A stretch of DNA of 64,000 bases from the NCBI GenBank assembly GCA_965644265.1, contig OZ286475.1:14756001-14820000 (forward strand), read 5' to 3'. The notes beneath the pieces were generated by a model. The model had not been told where the DNA came from. It saw nothing but the letters and a program-made list of their open reading frames with translations, and ran no database searches. This document shows, one piece after another, positions 59,011 through 64,000 of this stretch; position 1 is the first letter of the stretch; each line of letters begins with the position of its first letter. A program made the translations under genes and the position numbers. This stretch comes from Glycera tridactyla. Lineage: Eukaryota.

Positions 59011-60216
59011 TCCTACCATGCAGGAATGTTTCACTCTTCATCTTTGCTCCTCTTTGGCAGGTGGTCTGATTCAGCCTACTCAAGTGCAGAAAGTGGACAT
59101 AAAGCCTCAACATTTCCATTTCCATTTTCACACAAAACGTGAACAGGTTCTATGTGCAATGCTCGATTCTCTCCAATAAAACAATCTGAATCAAAATCCA
59201 TCGAAGAATGAGGGAGGAGGTACAATTGATTTTTAGCTGAGGACCCAATTAGGTGTGACACAATTAGCCTAATTACTGAGTTGTCAACAAGCAATTCATA
59301 AAAACATGTGGACAATGGTTATACCTCACCAAACATAATTTTTGAAATAAATTGGTTTTTGTGATTTCGAAAGATTTGAATTATATTTAGGGGGGTGAAA
59401 TGTAGACGGATTTTGACAAGAGATGGCAGGCTATCATGAGTTTTTAATTTATTCAATTGAAGGTAGAATCTAGAATATTCATAATAATCGCTTTTTGAAT
59501 GAGTTGAAAAAATACGTTGTTTTGTTTATATGTAAAAAGATTCAGAGTCTTATTTTAGGAGTTTGTGCCTGCACAGATGGCGATACTGGACAGGGGTATA
59601 TAAGCCAGTCAGAGCGGAAACGCTCCCCCTTTCTCGTACGTCAGTTGAGAACCCACCACCATCCCCGAACACCGCCTGGCCAGCTCGGCCTACAGTACCT
59701 GGCATCTTCCAGAATTATCACACTACACTTACCATAGCAACCAGTTATTTCGATTGGTCATGAACTTTCGTGGCAGTGCCACTTTTGATATCCATATTCG
59801 TTGCCCAGACTTGTGGCTAGTCAGGTATTTTTCTACCTAAATATGAGGTGGTTAAGTAAATGAATAGTTTAAGCATCTAAAGGCATCAGTTCGCTGATGT
59901 CGATGGATGTTCGTCTGTGGTGACTGGTCGAGCTTCTTGTGAAGCTCAGGTGATGCTTCTAGGCATTCCTACATTTGGGAAATGGGTTCTAAAAAGCAAA
60001 ATGGCTATAGGAAAGGAGTGCCTAGCGGCACATGTACTGTAAAAGTTTGTAAATAAATTGCCAAATCATGAATGTTTAAATGGGAGTATTCTTGTTTGTT
60101 GAAAGAATGGAATTGGAGTGAAGAGTGAGAGGGTTTTGGTTGGAACAATCTTGAGAAAAACACCAAAAATGAAACAATCAGAATCGAAATCCATTTAGAA
60201 ATGAGGGAGGAGATGC

Positions 60217-60470
60217 GATGTAAATGTAAATGTAAATGTAGTGGTTTAGAGTCTGGTTCCTCATCGAGCTCACCCGACTTTACAAATACATCCTTGGCAG
60301 GCCTGTTCAAGCTTGAGCCTTTCTCATCTCCCTGGGGAGTATACAACCACAGACACAGAGTTAACTGCATGGGCTAAACACTCTACAATCACCATCACTG
60401 CCTATATGCCAAGTACCCATTCACACCTGGGTGAAGTGAAGTGGTGGAGAACAGAGGTTCCACTCAGTAA
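60217..60470 (-). mobile_element. SINE-like fragment (CORE-like segment)
   Basis: (ATGTAA)n tail at 60217-60240 and the segment GCCAAGTACCCATTCACACCTGGGTGAAGTGA, resembling CORE-SINE cores. Assignment is by recall only. Confidence 0.4.
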
Positions 60471-61124
60471 CCTCCACACAGAAGTGCCTCCTTAGTGAGT
60501 AGCGCAGATCTCACAGATCTGTGTAATGGTGCAGGTCCGGTATGGAAAGGTGAACCTTGTCCATGCTGGTCACCCATCTGAGGAGGAGCCCTGCTCACTG
60601 TTGTAAACAATGCTGCTCAGTTGAGAACCGGAGTGTCCGCACCTAACTCGCTACGATGCCTGAATCTTGGACGACAACGGACGCCGCTTGATGGCATAAG
60701 CTCATCAGCCTTCGACCAGATGAGCTAATCATTAGACTAGAATTTTGCGAGGCACCTCATCACTCAACTTTGTTCCCTCCCCCGACTTTGTACTTATCCA
60801 CTATCTGCATGCCTGCCCCCCCCCCCCCGCCGCTTCCGTATTCATTTTCGAGTGCATGCTCATTGATAGGCTAGGGCGAGAAACGTATCCGCCACGATGG
60901 AATTTGACAGAACATGCCTAAAATCAGGTTCGATAATCGCCGGAATACCTGTAAATTCTTTCTGGGCAAAGCGCAGCACTTGAAGTCATGTGAGTCAGCA
61001 GGCAGTGCAGTCATCCATCCACCCGTCCTATACATTGATCAACCTATCAGTGGCGGGTGGCGGGTCTATACCGAAGTAACTTGGCTCCGACACTGGTCAG
61101 AAGGCAATAGTCTGAATTAAAGTA

Positions 61125-61593
61125 CAGTTAACCTTGTCTATGAAGGCCACCTCCGGTTGCATAAAAAAGTGGCCTTTATAGGCAGGTGACCTTTATAGAA
61201 AGGTCATTTACTGTTGAACATACTCAGGGCTCTAACATACATTAACTTTTTTCTTCAGCTGTCTTTCGGGCAGGTGAAGTCGGAATTCTACCTGCCCTTC
61301 CTGTCATTTTCGCCTGCCCTCCTGCATATAATCATAGCCTAAATAATGGTTAGGTACCTGCCCATCGGGCAGGCAGACTGATAAAATCACCTGCCCTAAC
61401 AACAAATCTGCCTGCCTGTGCCAGTAGGGCAACCACTAGCGTAGAGCCCTGACACTATAACGGTCGCAGCCCAAGGCGGCCTTTATTCAGAGAAGGCATT
61501 TACTGTTGAACATACTGTAACGGTCGCAGTCCAGGGTGGCCTTTACGAGCAGGTGATCTTTATGGGAGGTGGTCTATCGAACAGGTTCAACTG
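61125..61593. mobile_element. Pogo-type MITE with a nested CAGGGCTCTA-TIR MITE (61225-61451)
   Basis: Outer TA|CAGTTAACCT...AGGTTCAACTG. Inner CAGGGCTCTA...TAGAGCCCTG is flanked by ATACT/ACACT. Confidence 0.7.
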
Positions 61594-61612
61594 CACAATA
61601 ATTGATACATAG

Positions 61613-61754
61613 ACTGTCGCACACGAGTAGGAGAGACAGGTCACGGTTTCCTTCGAGTTTGGGCCGCCGTATCTACCGTGCCGCGGCGAGGTAAGTGCAA
61701 AGGGACAAACGAGAAGGAGACAGTGACCTGTCTCTCCTGCGAGTGTGCGACTGT
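61613..61754. mobile_element. Short MITE with ~48-bp imperfect TIRs
   Basis: GTCGCACAC..GGAGAGACAGGTCAC..TCCTTC is inverted at the right end. Confidence 0.65.
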
Positions 61755-62459
61755 GTGTATCACATGCTATTTGTCAATAGAAATACTCTTTAAAGACAAT
61801 AGTGTGTATTTTTAAGAAGAAAATACAATCTCAAGTGACCAGAATCTGTTTTGAAGGTGTAGAAGTCGCATCTGAAATACTGGTTTCTATCTTGGGTTAT
61901 TCAACCTGAATGTCTATTTTTATCAAGATGATATTTTCATGATTGTTCGTCGTATCAACAATTATTGAATGATTCATCTTAGAGAAAAATGGTATTTTCA
62001 TCTTTTTCATATCTTGTTTGTGCATTCTGCTCCACATTTGGCGAAAATAAACTTGAAAATAACAAAGTGAATGTGAGAACTGTTTCGCGTTGGCCGAGTA
62101 GGTGTAGCACCACCAGCGGCAATGTGGAGAACTAGCCAGGCCCTAACGCACTTGAGGATACTGCACGCACTACGAGATACTGCGCGCATTAGAGGATACT
62201 GCTCATTATTATATGACATGCTCCGCATGTCATATAATAAGAGGTAAATTGCGTGTGATACAACTAGTTCGAATAAAAATCGTTTATTACCCACTGGGTA
62301 ATAAAGGGTCTGTATTCACCACTCGCCTCGCGCTGCGAGCCGGAACTACTTTACCTGCGTGAGCTTAGCGGGAGACACGCATCTGGTTTGTTTACGTTTT
62401 CACGACGCTGTCAAGCATGCGAGAGGAACCGCGATTTGATCCAGCACAAACGAGTCAGT

Positions 62460-62514
<55 letters not shown>

Positions 62515-62911
62515 ACAATTGTTTGTAGCGAGACCACGGTAGCCGGCGGGGAGAGAAGGGTGGTGTGCGTGTGAAGAGAGACTCTCTTGACACGCGCGTC
62601 ACCACGACCTGTCAACCGCCAGCTGCGATCTCGCTACGAATGACTGACACACACACACACACACACACGCGCGCGCGCGCTCACACACACTGTGGATGGA
62701 ACAAGTCATGGTCATGAACTGGCGAATGCTGAAAACAACGAAGCTGAACGAGTTCATGCCGCCGCCGACGCTGTAACATACGCACTGGGCCAGTGTGAGG
62801 GAGACGCGGGATTCGGTTTGTTTACGTTTGCACGCTGTACATTAACAGCGTCAGCGGCATGTAATTCCTTCACAAACCTCTTTTGAACGTGTTTCTTATC
62901 AAATTGAGTCA

Positions 62912-63081
62912 TATAATAAAGACAGAACTGAATTCGCGTCCGGTCTCAAATCGTTCATTCAACTCGTGGCGGAGGCGGAGGAATATCACTCGTGCTTTGC
63001 ACTCGTGATATTCCTCCGCCTCCGCCACTCATTGAATAAACGATTCGAGACCGGACGCTCATTCTATTCTGTCTATTTATA
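62912..63081. repeat. ~170-bp imperfect palindrome
   Basis: Arms including GTGGCGGAGGCGGAGGAATATCAC pair around a TTT centre at 62996-98. Confidence 0.85.
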
Positions 63082-64000
63082 CCACAGATACGGTCGTTTC
63101 AGTGAGGTACAGACCCATGAGATATTGTGACAAATGTACCACGGTTTTGGAAATATCTCATGGATACCATCGGCGGAGTCATTCAGTGATATTTTGACTC
63201 ATCACTTTTCAAAATCAACCGAAATGATTGAGAATGTTTCAATACGAATGAAAACGTGCCTCTTTGTTATGAATTCTTGAAGAGATTTAGTGCCGAAGTG
63301 ATGACCTATATAACGTCTCGTAGATCTACGTGTGTTCGTTTAAGCATTCGTTGCGACGCTTGATGACGTCACAATAGATAGTAACCATGGTATCACCCAC
63401 TGATTGTGACGTGACAATGCTTCTCATGCGCCGCTGAGCCTCAGTAACCACTGATCCCTTTGTATTTATACGCACAGCATGATCGCCGGTTCCGCCTATT
63501 TTCCCTACAGTATGAGATCAATTTCTTTGTAATCATGCATTCTTGTTATCCGATCTCTCATATGGTGGCATCACACTGGGGTCCCGGACATTCAAAGTCA
63601 AGAAATCACGATGGAAATGTCTGAGTTGTCACTGACCAATTGCTTTTTGGGCAGAAAAATCAATTGTCACTGATTGTTGTCACTGACTGTCAATGAGTGT
63701 CTGCGCCTAGGTCACTGTCTGTCAGTGACTAGGTCACCGATGGTTGCTGTACTTGCACTTTGTTGTTGCTGACTGGCAATATCCCCAGGCATTCAAAGTA
63801 ACAGTCAGAGTCAGGTGATTTTTGACTTTGAATACTGTCAGCATACACATGGAAACAGTCAGGAACTAGTCAGTGACCCACTGAATTTCTACCTGCTGGT
63901 AGGTCTCTTCCTCTGCTCCTCTTCTTCTTCCTGTCCCTTTTGTAAGATGCAGCAGAGGAAGAGTGGAAGTAGGAGTGAAATGAGGTGTGGGAGTAGGAAG

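Overview
Repeat-rich animal (invertebrate-like) genomic DNA with spliceosomal genes, a few short N gaps and no prokaryotic features. The dominant structure is a ~26-kb CACTA/EnSpm (CMC)-type DNA transposon at 10215-36177, bounded by CCCAGATAGCAA terminal inverted repeats (TIRs) and a 2-bp AG target-site duplication (TSD), with phased GACGTC subterminal repeats. Its core holds a nonsense-disrupted transposase, an intact intronless SGNH/GDSL hydrolase ORF, a decayed antisense multi-exon gene and an intact 8-exon DUF4806-like gene. Both arms are packed with RNA polymerase III-type tRNA-like units: a ~325-bp tandem array of 78-nt units with A box, B box and oligo-T terminator, plus about 15 diverged tRNA-Thr-like modules, often in convergent pairs. 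Left of the element are exons of an Ig-domain gene (minus strand) and a 5'-truncated CR1-type LINE with an open RT frame. Right of it are a 764-bp EnSpm-type MITE and a ~6.1-kb tandem duplication of an intronless 4xCUB-trypsin protease gene whose two copies carry complementary defects. The rest is MITEs, SINEs, mini- and microsatellites and palindromes. Family names come from motif recognition by eye; no database search was run.
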